DNA of 36,807 nucleotides. Source: Flavobacteriales bacterium. GTDB lineage: Bacteria; Bacteroidota; Bacteroidia; Flavobacteriales_G; NORP312. Numbering within the stretch: the stretch's first letter is position 1; the number at the start of each line of letters is the position of its first letter. A program made the position numbers and the translations under genes. Below the pieces are notes generated by a model. The model made no database searches and was not told the origin of the DNA. It saw nothing but the letters and a program-made list of their open reading frames with translations. The DNA is taken from assembly GCA_018669945.1 (NCBI GenBank), contig JABHTA010000195.1, positions 1 through 36,807 on the forward strand. Direction: 5' to 3'. Below are positions 1 through 10,089 of this stretch, piece after piece.

Positions 1-68
1 CCTGGTAATTCAGGACATTCATCATCGAAATCTGAAATTCCATCTCCATCAGAATCGGGACAGCCGTT
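1..68. repeat. Exact direct repeat, copy 1 (at least 68 bp, cut by the window edge)
   Basis: cctggtaattcagg...gggacagccgtt is identical over 68 of 68 bases to 1593-1660; the sequences diverge at 69/1661. Confidence 0.97.
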
Positions 69-530
69 ATTAAATATTATCTGGCTTATATTTAGACTTC
101 TTGAATCATTATTAGCAAATCTAATTCGTTGCTTGGTTATTTCACCTGATAACTCGTCATTAATTTTAATATCAATATAGAAAAGTTCAATAACATAAGT
201 TATTTCTTTTATACAAGTTTTTGTTTCATATTCTAATTTTATGTTTTTAAGTCCTCCTGCATTAGAACTGTTCCACTGATAATTAATTATTTTTAGATAA
301 CTAACCTTATCTAGTTTTAGTGCTCTAAGAATATTATCATCCCAAACTTCAAATCCTTTATCAGTCCTCCATTCATTAATTTTTATAGTACTTCTTTCGA
401 TTGACAGTACATCATAAAAAGGCTGTTCTTTCCCATCGTCAAATATTATTTTTCCAGAGACTTCCTGAGAAATGCAATCTATACTAACAATTAATAGTAC
501 AACAATTAAAAATGTTAATGTTTTTTTCAT
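1..530 (-). CDS. Partial CDS not in the ORF track (3' end beyond the window): exported hypothetical protein, 154-aa unique N-terminus fused to a TSP3-like repeat
   Basis: Hand translation from ATG 530 shows no stop down to base 1: MKKTLTFLIVVLLIVSIDCISQEVSGKIIFDDGKEQPF...[31 protein letters not shown]. Sec-type signal peptide; TATCTTTG promoter element upstream. Confidence 0.85.
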   Translation of the reverse strand, partial: MKKTLTFLIVVLLIVSIDCISQEVSGKIIFDDGKEQPFYDVLSIERSTIKINEWRTDKGFEVWDDNILRALKLDKVSYLKIINYQWNSSNAGGLKNIKLEYETKTCIKEITYVIELFYIDIKINDELSGEITKQRIRFANNDSRSLNISQIIFNNGCPDSDGDGISDFDDECPELP

Positions 531-548
531 ACGGGGGATTCAGTTACT

Positions 549-556
549 CAAAGATA
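549..556 (-). promoter_or_regulatory. Bacteroidota sigma70 -7 element for the 1..530 gene
   Basis: Minus strand reads TATCTTTG (consensus TAnnTTTG), 18 nt upstream of ATG 530; no clear -33 TTTG. Confidence 0.65.
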
Positions 557-568
557 AGAAATAAGCTA

Positions 569-3235
569 TTATTGCTCTACCTCAACAATCTCCATTTCAA
601 CTCTTCTGTTTTGCTGTCTTCCCTCTTCAGTGGCATTGTCAGCTATGGGTTTCGATTCTCCATAATATTTAACGATGATTCTTTTATCTTCAATGCCAAA
701 TTTCACGAGGTTACGTTTAACAGCTTCGGCTCTTCGTTGAGAAAGCGAGAGGTTAGAAATTTCACTTCCAACATCATCAGTATGACCCTCTAAAACAAGA
801 TTCCATTCACTATTAGTTTTAAGCAATTCAGCGAGCTCATCCAACGCTTTAAGTGATTGATTTCTGATAATGGCACTGCCCAGGTTATATTCTAGGTTGT
901 CAAATGCTTTTTTAACTACTTCTTTTTCTTCCGTACTAAGTAAAACCAGCGTTCCTTCATCACTATATTCAACCATAGCTAAACCATACTTGTCGTTTGG
1001 TAAAAAGTTGTAATCGAACTCTAGTCGTTCATCTTTTTTTATTGTCATCATATAATCTCCATCAGCATTTTTAACAAGTATTTGCATTTCATCAAGTGTT
1101 ACATCTTGGCCTTTTATCTTAAAAGTGTAACTTTTATCTGTTGGTAAGTTTTCAAAGACAAAAGTTCCTTTCTTATCAATTGCTGCGGTGCGGAAAATAT
1201 TACCTTCATCATCGACAATAAATAATTCTAATCCAGATTTCTGGGCAGGTAAATAATCGTATTTGTGTGTATTATTTTCTTCTTGTTTTGCGGTAATGAT
1301 TTCGTCTTTGTTGTTGTTTCGCAATACAATTAACAGTTCATCGGTCAAGAAAATATCTTCTCCGTCCATCAAGAATAAATAGGGTTCGTCTGAAGGTAAG
1401 TTATCAAATACAAAGAAGCCTTGATCATTCATTTCAGTTGTCATAAGAATTAAACCAGCAGCATTAATAGCTGATAATTTTGTAATAGGGCAACCAAAGT
1501 TGATTTTTGTACCAGGTTTTTCAGGACATTCATCTCTACTATCTACAATTCCATCTCCATCGGAATCAGGACATCCATCGTTTTCTTTTGTGCCTGGTAA
1601 TTCAGGACATTCATCATCGAAATCTGAAATTCCATCTCCATCAGAATCGGGACAGCCGTTGAATGCTGCAACTCCAGGAACATCAACACAATCATCGTCT
1701 AAGTCGCCAATACCATCTCCATCTGTGTCAGGGCAACCTTGAAATTGTGCAACACCGTATACAGTCGGACACATATCTTCAGAATCTACGATTCCATCTA
1801 CATCACTATCCGGACACCCTTCGAATGCTTCAATTCCCGGTATTTCTGGGCATTTGTCTTTTTTATCTTTGATACCATCCCCATCAGAATCTCCATTATT
1901 GCCGAACGTAAGATTAATACCAGATCTTAGCGTCACATATTTAGAGTTTTGCGGTTGGAACATTCCTAAAACATTATCAGAAATTATATAATACTGAATC
2001 GGACCAAGATTAACTCTAGCCCCGAGGCCAATATTGTTCCAACTTCTATTGTATACGGTATAACTTAAAGCCAATGTGCACCATTCGCCAAATTCTTTAT
2101 CGAAGTATACAGACATTCCAGGGAATATATTTTCATCAAAAACGTGCATGTATCCGTGTGCACCCAGCTGCATATCGTAAGATAAATCGTATGTAACACC
2201 TAGATGGTACTGACTAGATAAATAGGTCGAATATGCTTGAAAAGTAGTATCAACTCCAAAAACTTTAGAAAGTGTATCCTTAATGTTGTCGAACCCGTCA
2301 TAAACTGTTGTGTTTGCGTCATCTTTTATAAAGTCATTTAAGGCGATTCCATTATACGCATATTCATTTCCAGGAACTGTACTTTTTACATTAGCAACAT
2401 TGTCTTGCCATTTTACAAAACCAAGGTCGATAATACTTCCGTTAACGTGCCATTTTTCATGGAAGTTATATTCAAATCCCAAATCGATTGCTGCCCCGTG
2501 ATTTTTGGTAAGTTTAGGAAATCCATTAGAATAGGCAGGGAGACCATTATCGACCCCAGATGAATTGAGTTCGATGTCGCCACTAGTTGTTAGTGTATAT
2601 ACATCATCAGGATCGGTATGTAAGAGTATATCAAATTTGCCTGTTTCAAAATTTGATATGCCGTTGATATATTTTAGTTTAATACCCCATTCGAAATGGT
2701 CGTTTTCTGAAGACCAAGCGTAACCAAGCCCAAATTCTCTATAATGAGCAACATCAAGCCCAAAGTTAAAGTTTAATGTTTCTCCAATGCTCGGGTAATT
2801 CCCATTAATCCCAAACTCAAAAAAGTCTTTAGGATAAGTAAATCTCGCAAGGAATTTTTCACTTATACTCAAATTGAAATAATGATGGTCATCAATTCTT
2901 TTGCCAAAAGTGAAATAATCAGCGGCAAAAGAAGCACTCAAATAGTTTTTATCGGCCATTTTGGTTAATACGTAATCTAAGTCGAGATATAGCGAATCAT
3001 CTGTGTCGCTGCGAATAAGGTCTGTATATTTAAAGCCAGTATTCCCAAAACTGAAGTACGTTGACGAAAGCACTGGTAAGCCGATGTGCATGTCGGAGTG
3101 AGGCGTAAGGGCAGGATTTGATTGAGACCTTTGCTGAATGTAAGGCATTGTATACATGGTGAAATTTTGCTGAGCAAAGACATCGCTTAAAAAGTAAGCA
3201 AATGCAAAAAACAGGAGTACGTGTTTAGTTTTCAT
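569..3235 (-). CDS. Outer-membrane protein: DUF5723-like beta-barrel, five TSP3-like repeats, two ~84-aa repeats and a C-terminal OmpA peptidoglycan-binding domain
   Basis: Signal peptide; aromatic beta-strand-rich N-half ending GINLTFG; DxDGDG..D..D.CP units; OmpA motifs [25 protein letters not shown]. The DUF5723 label is by pattern recognition only. Confidence 0.85.
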   Translation of the reverse strand: MKTKHVLLFFAFAYFLSDVFAQQNFTMYTMPYIQQRSQSNPALTPHSDMHIGLPVLSSTYFSFGNTGFKYTDLIRSDTDDSLYLDLDYVLTKMADKNYLSASFAADYFTFGKRIDDHHYFNLSISEKFLARFTYPKDFFEFGINGNYPSIGETLNFNFGLDVAHYREFGLGYAWSSENDHFEWGIKLKYINGISNFETGKFDILLHTDPDDVYTLTTSGDIELNSSGVDNGLPAYSNGFPKLTKNHGAAIDLGFEYNFHEKWHVNGSIIDLGFVKWQDNVANVKSTVPGNEYAYNGIALNDFIKDDANTTVYDGFDNIKDTLSKVFGVDTTFQAYSTYLSSQYHLGVTYDLSYDMQLGAHGYMHVFDENIFPGMSVYFDKEFGEWCTLALSYTVYNRSWNNIGLGARVNLGPIQYYIISDNVLGMFQPQNSKYVTLRSGINLTFGNNGDSDGDGIKDKKDKCPEIPGIEAFEGCPDSDVDGIVDSEDMCPTVYGVAQFQGCPDTDGDGIGDLDDDCVDVPGVAAFNGCPDSDGDGISDFDDECPELPGTKENDGCPDSDGDGIVDSRDECPEKPGTKINFGCPITKLSAINAAGLILMTTEMNDQGFFVFDNLPSDEPYLFLMDGEDIFLTDELLIVLRNNNKDEIITAKQEENNTHKYDYLPAQKSGLELFIVDDEGNIFRTAAIDKKGTFVFENLPTDKSYTFKIKGQDVTLDEMQILVKNADGDYMMTIKKDERLEFDYNFLPNDKYGLAMVEYSDEGTLVLLSTEEKEVVKKAFDNLEYNLGSAIIRNQSLKALDELAELLKTNSEWNLVLEGHTDDVGSEISNLSLSQRRAEAVKRNLVKFGIEDKRIIVKYYGESKPIADNATEEGRQQNRRVEMEIVEVEQ
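1487..1891 (-). repeat. Five tandem 81-bp (27-aa) thrombospondin type 3-like Ca-binding repeats
   Basis: Units [33 protein letters not shown]..., DTDGDG..., DSDGDGISD..., DSDGDGIVD...FGCP; diverged from one another at DNA level. Confidence 0.9.
1593..1660. repeat. Exact direct repeat, copy 2 (end of TSP3 unit 3 and most of unit 4)
   Basis: Identical to 1-68. Confidence 0.97.
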
Positions 3236-3243
3236 AATTGCTA

Positions 3244-4833
3244 TTAAAATTCAGTTAATACTTCAGCGATAGCGCCAATTTTAAATTCGAGTTCGTAGTC
3301 ATTATAAAACTTGACATTGGTCGTACCGTTGTTTGATGTTGAAGCTACGGCTTTAATTATCATTCTACTTGCGTTGGCAAAATTTCTTGTTTGAGTTTCA
3401 TTCATGACGATATCTGTTTGAGTTTCAACTTGCGTTGTAACTCGGCCGTTGCCGTCTATTGCACCAGATTCAGCAACAAGGATATTACTACCGGTATAGG
3501 CGCTGTCTGTTAGGTTATAAACTTTGTTAACATCATCCCATTCTAGAGAGTAAAAAGTAATATCGAATTCTAATGGAAATCCGTTTCGAATCCTTGTTGT
3601 AAGTGTTAAGTCTACAACAGCGTCCATTCCTAAATCCAAACCAACCGTATCAATCATCGTAAAGTTTTTAATGGTTCCATGCATGGGCAATTCAATTTCT
3701 GCATCGAATTTTATGCTGCTAGTGTCTAAAACAAATAGTTGACTTGCGGCAGAAGGGGTAGAAGCTCCAATGTCATACACAAAGAATTTTGGTTGATCAT
3801 TAATCATATCAACAATGTCACTGCCGTTAATAATAAGTGAATCATCGATAGTTTGACCCATCTGACTATATGATGGTCCAGAAATAGTCCAAGGAGTTGG
3901 CAGGGCGCCAGAGACAGATAAATCATATGTTACACCGCTAATGGTATTAATTCCTTCCATTCTGTTGAACGAAGCCTCAATAGTTGTCCCAAAAGAGTTT
4001 TCAGTATATAATCTAACTTCAGGATTGAATATTGTAAAATCTCCAATACCCGAAGCTGAATTAAATAACGTAATAGCTACAGTGTCCTCTTGAGGTGCGA
4101 TGTTACTAATATCAACAACTCCAAAAAGTTTACTGAATTGTAGATTAGAAATTGTTAAGTCAATATCTAATTGATCAGTCGTATTTATAGTCCCCCCATT
4201 ACCAGTTAAAGTTAAGTCAAAAACTACTTGAAATTCATTCGTATTAGTGCCACCGTTCGTAAGGTCAAACTTGTAATTGCTTAAACTAAAAGAAGAGTTG
4301 TCGCTTGAATTAGCAGCAATGTTAATCGTTTGACTAAAAGGAATTCCACCAATCGTTGCTCCAGGTATGGTCATTATAATATCTAATGTCGCATCGAATC
4401 CAGAATTAGATGTAATATCAAGACTTCCGCCTTTAAGCATTATTGAATCTAGTTGATTTGGCGCTGCTGCGAACGTCAATGTTTGAGTTTCAGGATAGTT
4501 TAGGGTGTTTCCATTTGGTAATGGAGCCGGTCCTAATCCTGGGCTTACTGTTTGACTATAACTCTGGTCTGAAATTATTATTAAATCTTCGGCAGTGGAA
4601 GAAAATAAAGAGCTTCTGTAAATAAGACTAATGAAACCATCGCCATCAACGTTAATTAAATCCGATTCGTTTTGCTTCAATATTTGATCAAGCGTAAGGG
4701 AAGTGAAAACCAAAGGTGCGGCAACCGTAGGATTGTACTCTGTTTTCTTCAGTTTGTTGAGATTAAAGCTATCCTTAACGCACCCTGCCATAAATAAAAT
4801 TAGGGCTGCAGCCGCAATATTTTTGTACTTCAT
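3244..4833 (-). CDS. Hypothetical beta-rich lipoprotein (DUF4621-like), probably co-transcribed with the downstream barrel-OmpA gene
   Basis: Lipobox FMAG-C18; Thr/Ser/Asn/Ile-rich; 8-bp gap to the next gene. Family label tentative. Confidence 0.75.
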   Translation of the reverse strand: MKYKNIAAAALILFMAGCVKDSFNLNKLKKTEYNPTVAAPLVFTSLTLDQILKQNESDLINVDGDGFISLIYRSSLFSSTAEDLIIISDQSYSQTVSPGLGPAPLPNGNTLNYPETQTLTFAAAPNQLDSIMLKGGSLDITSNSGFDATLDIIMTIPGATIGGIPFSQTINIAANSSDNSSFSLSNYKFDLTNGGTNTNEFQVVFDLTLTGNGGTINTTDQLDIDLTISNLQFSKLFGVVDISNIAPQEDTVAITLFNSASGIGDFTIFNPEVRLYTENSFGTTIEASFNRMEGINTISGVTYDLSVSGALPTPWTISGPSYSQMGQTIDDSLIINGSDIVDMINDQPKFFVYDIGASTPSAASQLFVLDTSSIKFDAEIELPMHGTIKNFTMIDTVGLDLGMDAVVDLTLTTRIRNGFPLEFDITFYSLEWDDVNKVYNLTDSAYTGSNILVAESGAIDGNGRVTTQVETQTDIVMNETQTRNFANASRMIIKAVASTSNNGTTNVKFYNDYELEFKIGAIAEVLTEF

Positions 4834-4925
4834 AATAATAGAATTTACGTAAAAGTATAAAATTACATTTCTATACCATTAATTACCAGTTGAATTATCA
4901 ACTATTACTTGATCAACGAAACGAT

Positions 4926-7604
4926 TTATCTGTAAATAAGGTTGGGTGAGAGCCATTTTTCAGCTTTATCCAAACTCATTTTTTTGCGTTGGGCATAATC
5001 GTTCATTTGATCTTTTTGGATTTTTCCTAAACCAAAATATTTAGACTGAGGATGCCCAAAATAGAAACCGCTAACGGCTGCTGTAGGCACCATCGCTAGA
5101 CTTTCTGTTAACTTAATTTTCGTATTTTTTTCAGCGTCAAGTAGTTTAAAAAGCGTCAACTTTTCAGTATGGTCCGGGCAAGCTGGATATCCTGGTGCCG
5201 GTCTAATTCCTTGATAAGATTCTTTTATTAAATCTTCCTTAGATAGCTTTTCGGTTGATTCATATCCCCAGAGCTCTTTTCTTACCTTCTCATGCATCAA
5301 TTCTGCGAAAGCTTCGGCTAATCTGTCGGCTAAAGCTTTAAGCATAATAGAGTTGTAATCGTCATGGTCAGCTTCGAATCGAGTAACATGTTCATCGATT
5401 CCTATTCCAGTAGTAACGGCAAATCCTCCAAAGTAATCAGCAATGCGTGTTTCTTTGGGGGCGATAAAATCGGATAGCGCCATGTTGTAAGCTCCCTTTG
5501 CTTTTTTAGTTTGTTGACGAAGAGTATGAACCACATTTAACACTTCTTTTCGAGAATCATCGGTATAGATTTCTATATCATCTCCCGAGGTATTCGCAGG
5601 CCAAATCCCAATCACGCCATTAGCTGTGAGCCAATTTTCTTCAACTATAGTATGTAGTAATTTTTTTGCGTCTGTAAATAACTGAGTGGCTTCTTCTCCA
5701 ACTACTTCATCTTTTAGGATATTCGGATAACGGCCAGCCAGTTCCCATGTTTGGAAAAAAGGCGTCCAATCGATATAAGCTTCAATCTCTTTCAAACAAT
5801 ATGAGTTGAAAGCTTTAACGCCGGTGAAATTTGGCTTGGTTATGTCATCTTGCTTAAAACCTATTGGAAAATGATTTGACCTTGCATCCTCAATATTAAC
5901 CAGCTTTTTAGCCAATTTCTTTTTAGTGTGGACCTCTCTTAGGTGCGAATACTCAGCTTTAATATCTGCAACATATTTTTCTTTTTTTGACCCTAATAAA
6001 CTCTCCACTACTGTAACGGCTCTAGATGCATCAAGAACATGTACTGTTTGCGCGTGCTCGTAGTGTTTTTCAATTTTTACAGCAGTATGAACTCTCGAAG
6101 TAGTTGCACCGCCAATCATAAGAGGAATGTTGAATTCTGCAATGTTCATTTCGCGCGCAACATGCTCCATTTCATCAAGTGAAGGAGTAATTAGGCCACT
6201 TAATCCGATAACATCCACGTTTTCTTCTTTTGCTACTTCCAAAATTCTTTCAGCGGGAACCATAACACCAATATCGATCACTTCATAGTTGTTACACCCT
6301 AAAACAACTGCTACGATATTTTTACCTATATCATGCACATCACCTTTGACTGTGGCCATAAGAACTTTACCAGCAGATTCTGCTTTTCCATCTTTTTCAG
6401 CTTCAATAAATGGTTGTAAATGTGCAACGGCCTTTTTCATTACTCGTGCACTTTTTACCACTTGGGGTAAGAACATTTTTCCAGCACCGAATAAGTCACC
6501 AACGACATTCATTCCAGCCATTAGAGGTCCCTCAATTACCTGAATCGGTTTGTCATGTTGGAGTCTTGCTTCTTCTGTGTCTTCGACAATGAAATCTACC
6601 AGTCCCTTTACTAAGGCATGCTCTAATCGTTTTGAAACAGGTTGTTTTCTCCACTCTTCGTCAATAACTTCAATTTTTTTATCACCCCTTACTGTTTCAG
6701 CAAATTCAAGTAATCTTTCTGTTGAGTCATCTCTGCGGTTAAGTAACACATCTTCAACTCGCTCTAATAAATCTTTGGGAATGTTGTCATACACCTCAAG
6801 CATGGCAGGGTTTACTATCCCCATGGTCATTCCGTTTTTAATAGCGTGGTACAAAAAAGCGGAATGCATAGCTTCACGAACAGTATTGTTGCCTCGAAAA
6901 GAGAAAGAAACATTACTCACACCACCACTAATTTTAGCTCCAGGAAGGTTCTCGGTTATCCACTTGGTTGCATTAAAAAAGTCTAAAGCATTGTTGTTAT
7001 GCTCTTCGATACCCGTTGCTACAGGAAAAATATTAGGATCGAAAATAATGTCTTGGCAGGGAAACCCGACTTTGTCAACTAAAACATCATAAGAACGCTT
7101 GCAAATCTCTGTTCTTCGCCCATAACTATCGGCTTGCCCGTCTTCGTCAAAAGCCATAACAATTGCAGCAGCACCATATCTTTTTATAAGCTTCGCTTGA
7201 CGAATAAATTCTTCTTCACCACCTTTAAGACTAATTGAATTTACGACACATTTTCCTTGCGCGCACTGCAATCCGGCTTCAATAATCTCCCACTTAGAAG
7301 AGTCAATCATAATAGGGATTCTACAAATCTCAGGTTCTGCTGCAATCAAGTTTAAGAACTTGACCATCGCCTCTTTGCCATCGAGCATTCCTTCGTCCAT
7401 GTTTACGTCAAGTATTTGCGCTCCACCGCGCACTTGATTTACAGCAACGGAAAGTGCTTCTTCGTAATTGTCTTCTTTGATAAGACGTAAGAACTTTCTA
7501 GAACCAGTTACATTGGTTCTCTCACCAACATTAATAAAGTTAGTTAGCTCAGTTACTTCTAGTGGCTCTAAGCCACTTAGTTTTAGGTTAGGAATTTTAG
7601 TCAT
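4926..7604 (-). CDS. metH: Cobalamin-dependent methionine synthase, split form (pterin-binding, B12-binding and SAM reactivation domains; no homocysteine-binding domain)
   Basis: Starts at [13 protein letters not shown] (pterin domain); [12 protein letters not shown]12 motif; [14 protein letters not shown]; 892 aa versus about 1200 for the fused enzyme. Confidence 0.95.
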   Translation of the reverse strand: MTKIPNLKLSGLEPLEVTELTNFINVGERTNVTGSRKFLRLIKEDNYEEALSVAVNQVRGGAQILDVNMDEGMLDGKEAMVKFLNLIAAEPEICRIPIMIDSSKWEIIEAGLQCAQGKCVVNSISLKGGEEEFIRQAKLIKRYGAAAIVMAFDEDGQADSYGRRTEICKRSYDVLVDKVGFPCQDIIFDPNIFPVATGIEEHNNNALDFFNATKWITENLPGAKISGGVSNVSFSFRGNNTVREAMHSAFLYHAIKNGMTMGIVNPAMLEVYDNIPKDLLERVEDVLLNRRDDSTERLLEFAETVRGDKKIEVIDEEWRKQPVSKRLEHALVKGLVDFIVEDTEEARLQHDKPIQVIEGPLMAGMNVVGDLFGAGKMFLPQVVKSARVMKKAVAHLQPFIEAEKDGKAESAGKVLMATVKGDVHDIGKNIVAVVLGCNNYEVIDIGVMVPAERILEVAKEENVDVIGLSGLITPSLDEMEHVAREMNIAEFNIPLMIGGATTSRVHTAVKIEKHYEHAQTVHVLDASRAVTVVESLLGSKKEKYVADIKAEYSHLREVHTKKKLAKKLVNIEDARSNHFPIGFKQDDITKPNFTGVKAFNSYCLKEIEAYIDWTPFFQTWELAGRYPNILKDEVVGEEATQLFTDAKKLLHTIVEENWLTANGVIGIWPANTSGDDIEIYTDDSRKEVLNVVHTLRQQTKKAKGAYNMALSDFIAPKETRIADYFGGFAVTTGIGIDEHVTRFEADHDDYNSIMLKALADRLAEAFAELMHEKVRKELWGYESTEKLSKEDLIKESYQGIRPAPGYPACPDHTEKLTLFKLLDAEKNTKIKLTESLAMVPTAAVSGFYFGHPQSKYFGLGKIQKDQMNDYAQRKKMSLDKAEKWLSPNLIYR

Positions 7605-10019
7605 TTATCTCAGTTGAGCTCCAACTTCCTTTTCGAAAGCTTGCTGAATTTTGTTCATCACTTTATCAATTTCTTTGTCACTCAACGTTTTGTACTCGTC
7701 TTGCAAAGTGAAATTTAATGCGTACGATTTCTTATCCGCATCAAGATTTTTTCCTTGATAAACATCAAACAAGCCTACCTTTTTAAGTAGTTTTCGTTCG
7801 GATTTTTTTGCAAGGTTAGACAGTTGGGCGAATGAAACGCCCTTATCTAACAACAATGATAAATCTCTTCTTACTGATGGGAATTTGGCGAGTGGTTTGT
7901 AAACGACCTTGTTCATTTTTAATAAGGAAACTACATTGTCCCAATTAAAGCAAGCATAATACACTTCTTGATCAATGTTCAACTTGCCAAGAATTTCAGG
8001 TTTTATGGAACCGAAGTCTACTACAGTTTTATTTGTGATGGAATAGGAGAGACCATACTGAAATTGGGAAATTTCCGTTTCTTTTGATGCTACGCCAGGT
8101 TTGTCAATCCCTAATTTCCCCAATATCCCATCAACAGCCTGTTTGATAGAAAAAAGACTAGAATATTCTTTTGAAGAGTTCCAGCTTTCTGACTCATTTT
8201 TTCCAGTAACAAATAGAACTAAATTCTTTTCTTGCTCGTATTTATTTTCGTTTTTGAAATATATATTTCCGAATTCAAATAGTTTTAAATCGGCTCTTTT
8301 ATGGTTGATATTTCTAATAACATTCTCTAGTCCTCCGAAAAGTAGTGTTTGTCGCATTACATCGAGCTCCGAACTCAAAGGATTTAACATAACTACTTTA
8401 TTGTCGTTTTCGTACCAATCACCTTTAGTTAAGGAGTTATTCATTATTTCGTTATAGCCATTGTTGGACAGTAGGTTTGAAACCGTGTTTTGCACTTTTT
8501 CCAAATCAGGATTGGGAGCATAGCTCAATGATGAGGTTACATTTTTTGGCATTTCAATATTGTTGTAACCATAAATTCGGAGAACTTCTTCAATAACGTC
8601 AACTTCACGCTGAACGTCAACTCGGTAAGGTGGAACAGATAGCCATAATGTGTCGTCTGACTCGTCTGTAATTTCAATATCCAAAGAAGTTAAAATTGAT
8701 TTAATTTTATCAGAACCAATTTCTTTTCCGATTAATCTGTTACAGTTCAATATTGAAAATTCAAATTTGAAATGTTCAATTGGGTTAGGATATAAGTCAG
8801 TGATATCTGAACTTATTGAGCCGCCAGCAACCTCTTTAATTAGCAGAGAAGCGCGTTGCAGAGCTTCAACTGTAATGTTAGGATCAATACCTCTTTCGAA
8901 CCGAAAAGATGCATCGGTATTCAACCCATGACGTTTAGCTGTTTTTCGTGTAGAAACGGGATTAAAGTATGCGCTTTCTAAAAAGATATTTGTTGTTGAA
9001 TTGGAAACTCCAGATACAAGCCCTCCAAAAACTCCCGCGATACACATCGGCTCATCATCGTTGCAAATCATTAAGTCATTTTCGTGTAGTTCTTTTTCTT
9101 GGTCGTCAAGTGTTGTGAACTTGGTTTTTGCATCAAGTGTTTGAACCACCACTTTCTTACTTGTTATTTTATCTGCGTCAAAAGCGTGAAGTGGTTGCCC
9201 TAATTCGTGCAATACAAAATTGGTAACATCTACAATGTTGTTTATAGGTTTTAGCCCGATGGAGTTCAACCTATTTTGCAACCATTTTGGAGATTCGCTA
9301 ACCTTAATCCCGCTAAGAGTAACACCGGCATATCTTGGACATGCTTCTTCATTTTTAACTTCGATGTTGATTAATAAATTATCATTATCCTTTTGGAAAG
9401 AATTAGTCGCTGGAGCTTTCAATATCGGTTCTTCGCCAAAATTCACCAATACAGCGCGTAAATCTCTTGCGACACCATAGTGAGACATCCCATCTGCGCG
9501 GTTGGGAGTTAATCCAATTTCAAAAATTGTATCAGTTTCAACTTCGAAATATTTGCTGGCTATAGTTCCAGCAATTGCAGAATTGTCTAAAACCATTATC
9601 CCGTCATGGCCAACACCAAGACCGATTTCATCTTCTCCGCAAATCATCCCTTCGGATAGCTGACCTCTGATTTTGGCTTTTTTCATTTTAAAACCCTCAC
9701 CTTCAATGGGATGTATAGTAGCGCCAACGGGAGCCACAACCACTTTCTGACCAACATCTACATTTGGTGCCCCACATACAATATTCGCAGGTATACCAGA
9801 GCCAATGTCTACTGTTGTAAGATTTAAACGATCAGCATCTGGATGTTTTTCTTTAGTAAGAACTTCTCCAATAATAAGACCTTCTAATCCTCCTTTAACG
9901 GATTGAAACATTTCTTCACCTTCTACCTCTAGGCCACAATCTGTCAATAATTGCGAAACTTTTTTCGGTTCTAAATCGATGGGTAAATATTCCTTCAGCC
10001 AGTTGTATGAAATCTTCAT
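7605..10019 (-). CDS. pheT: Phenylalanine--tRNA ligase beta subunit
   Basis: MKISYNWLKEY, HPDADRL, IVCGAPNV, LTPNRAD, SFRFERGID, and a C-terminal FDX-ACB domain (FPSVRRDLS). Confidence 0.98.
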   Translation of the reverse strand: MKISYNWLKEYLPIDLEPKKVSQLLTDCGLEVEGEEMFQSVKGGLEGLIIGEVLTKEKHPDADRLNLTTVDIGSGIPANIVCGAPNVDVGQKVVVAPVGATIHPIEGEGFKMKKAKIRGQLSEGMICGEDEIGLGVGHDGIMVLDNSAIAGTIASKYFEVETDTIFEIGLTPNRADGMSHYGVARDLRAVLVNFGEEPILKAPATNSFQKDNDNLLINIEVKNEEACPRYAGVTLSGIKVSESPKWLQNRLNSIGLKPINNIVDVTNFVLHELGQPLHAFDADKITSKKVVVQTLDAKTKFTTLDDQEKELHENDLMICNDDEPMCIAGVFGGLVSGVSNSTTNIFLESAYFNPVSTRKTAKRHGLNTDASFRFERGIDPNITVEALQRASLLIKEVAGGSISSDITDLYPNPIEHFKFEFSILNCNRLIGKEIGSDKIKSILTSLDIEITDESDDTLWLSVPPYRVDVQREVDVIEEVLRIYGYNNIEMPKNVTSSLSYAPNPDLEKVQNTVSNLLSNNGYNEIMNNSLTKGDWYENDNKVVMLNPLSSELDVMRQTLLFGGLENVIRNINHKRADLKLFEFGNIYFKNENKYEQEKNLVLFVTGKNESESWNSSKEYSSLFSIKQAVDGILGKLGIDKPGVASKETEISQFQYGLSYSITNKTVVDFGSIKPEILGKLNIDQEVYYACFNWDNVVSLLKMNKVVYKPLAKFPSVRRDLSLLLDKGVSFAQLSNLAKKSERKLLKKVGLFDVYQGKNLDADKKSYALNFTLQDEYKTLSDKEIDKVMNKIQQAFEKEVGAQLR

Positions 10020-10042
10020 GTGCGCCTTTTATCTTAAGGTGG

Positions 10043-10050
10043 CAAAAGTA
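10043..10050 (-). promoter_or_regulatory. -7 promoter element for pheT-metH
   Basis: Minus strand TACTTTTG, 23 nt upstream of the pheT ATG. Confidence 0.65.
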
Positions 10051-10089
10051 TGAATATTAGGTATATTATCGCTTGTTAAAGATTAGGTT

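Noticed and set aside
1-1660. The 68-bp repeat pair as a DGR template/variable repeat or a CRISPR unit
   Set aside because: No mismatches at all (so none adenine-specific), no reverse transcriptase or cas gene, only two copies, and both are in-frame coding.
512-2501. Plus-strand ORFs including the repetitive IPSPSESG frame (1500..1742)
   Set aside because: Antisense shadows of the barrel-TSP3-OmpA gene; the periodicity mirrors the TSP3 repeats.
4888-4916. AGTTGA-N4-TCAACT and TTGATCAA palindromes upstream of the lipoprotein gene
   Set aside because: Short and AT-rich; expected by chance without conservation data.
6289-9480. Antisense ORFs in metH and pheT (up to 180 aa)
   Set aside because: Shadow frames of conserved genes with no recognisable motifs.
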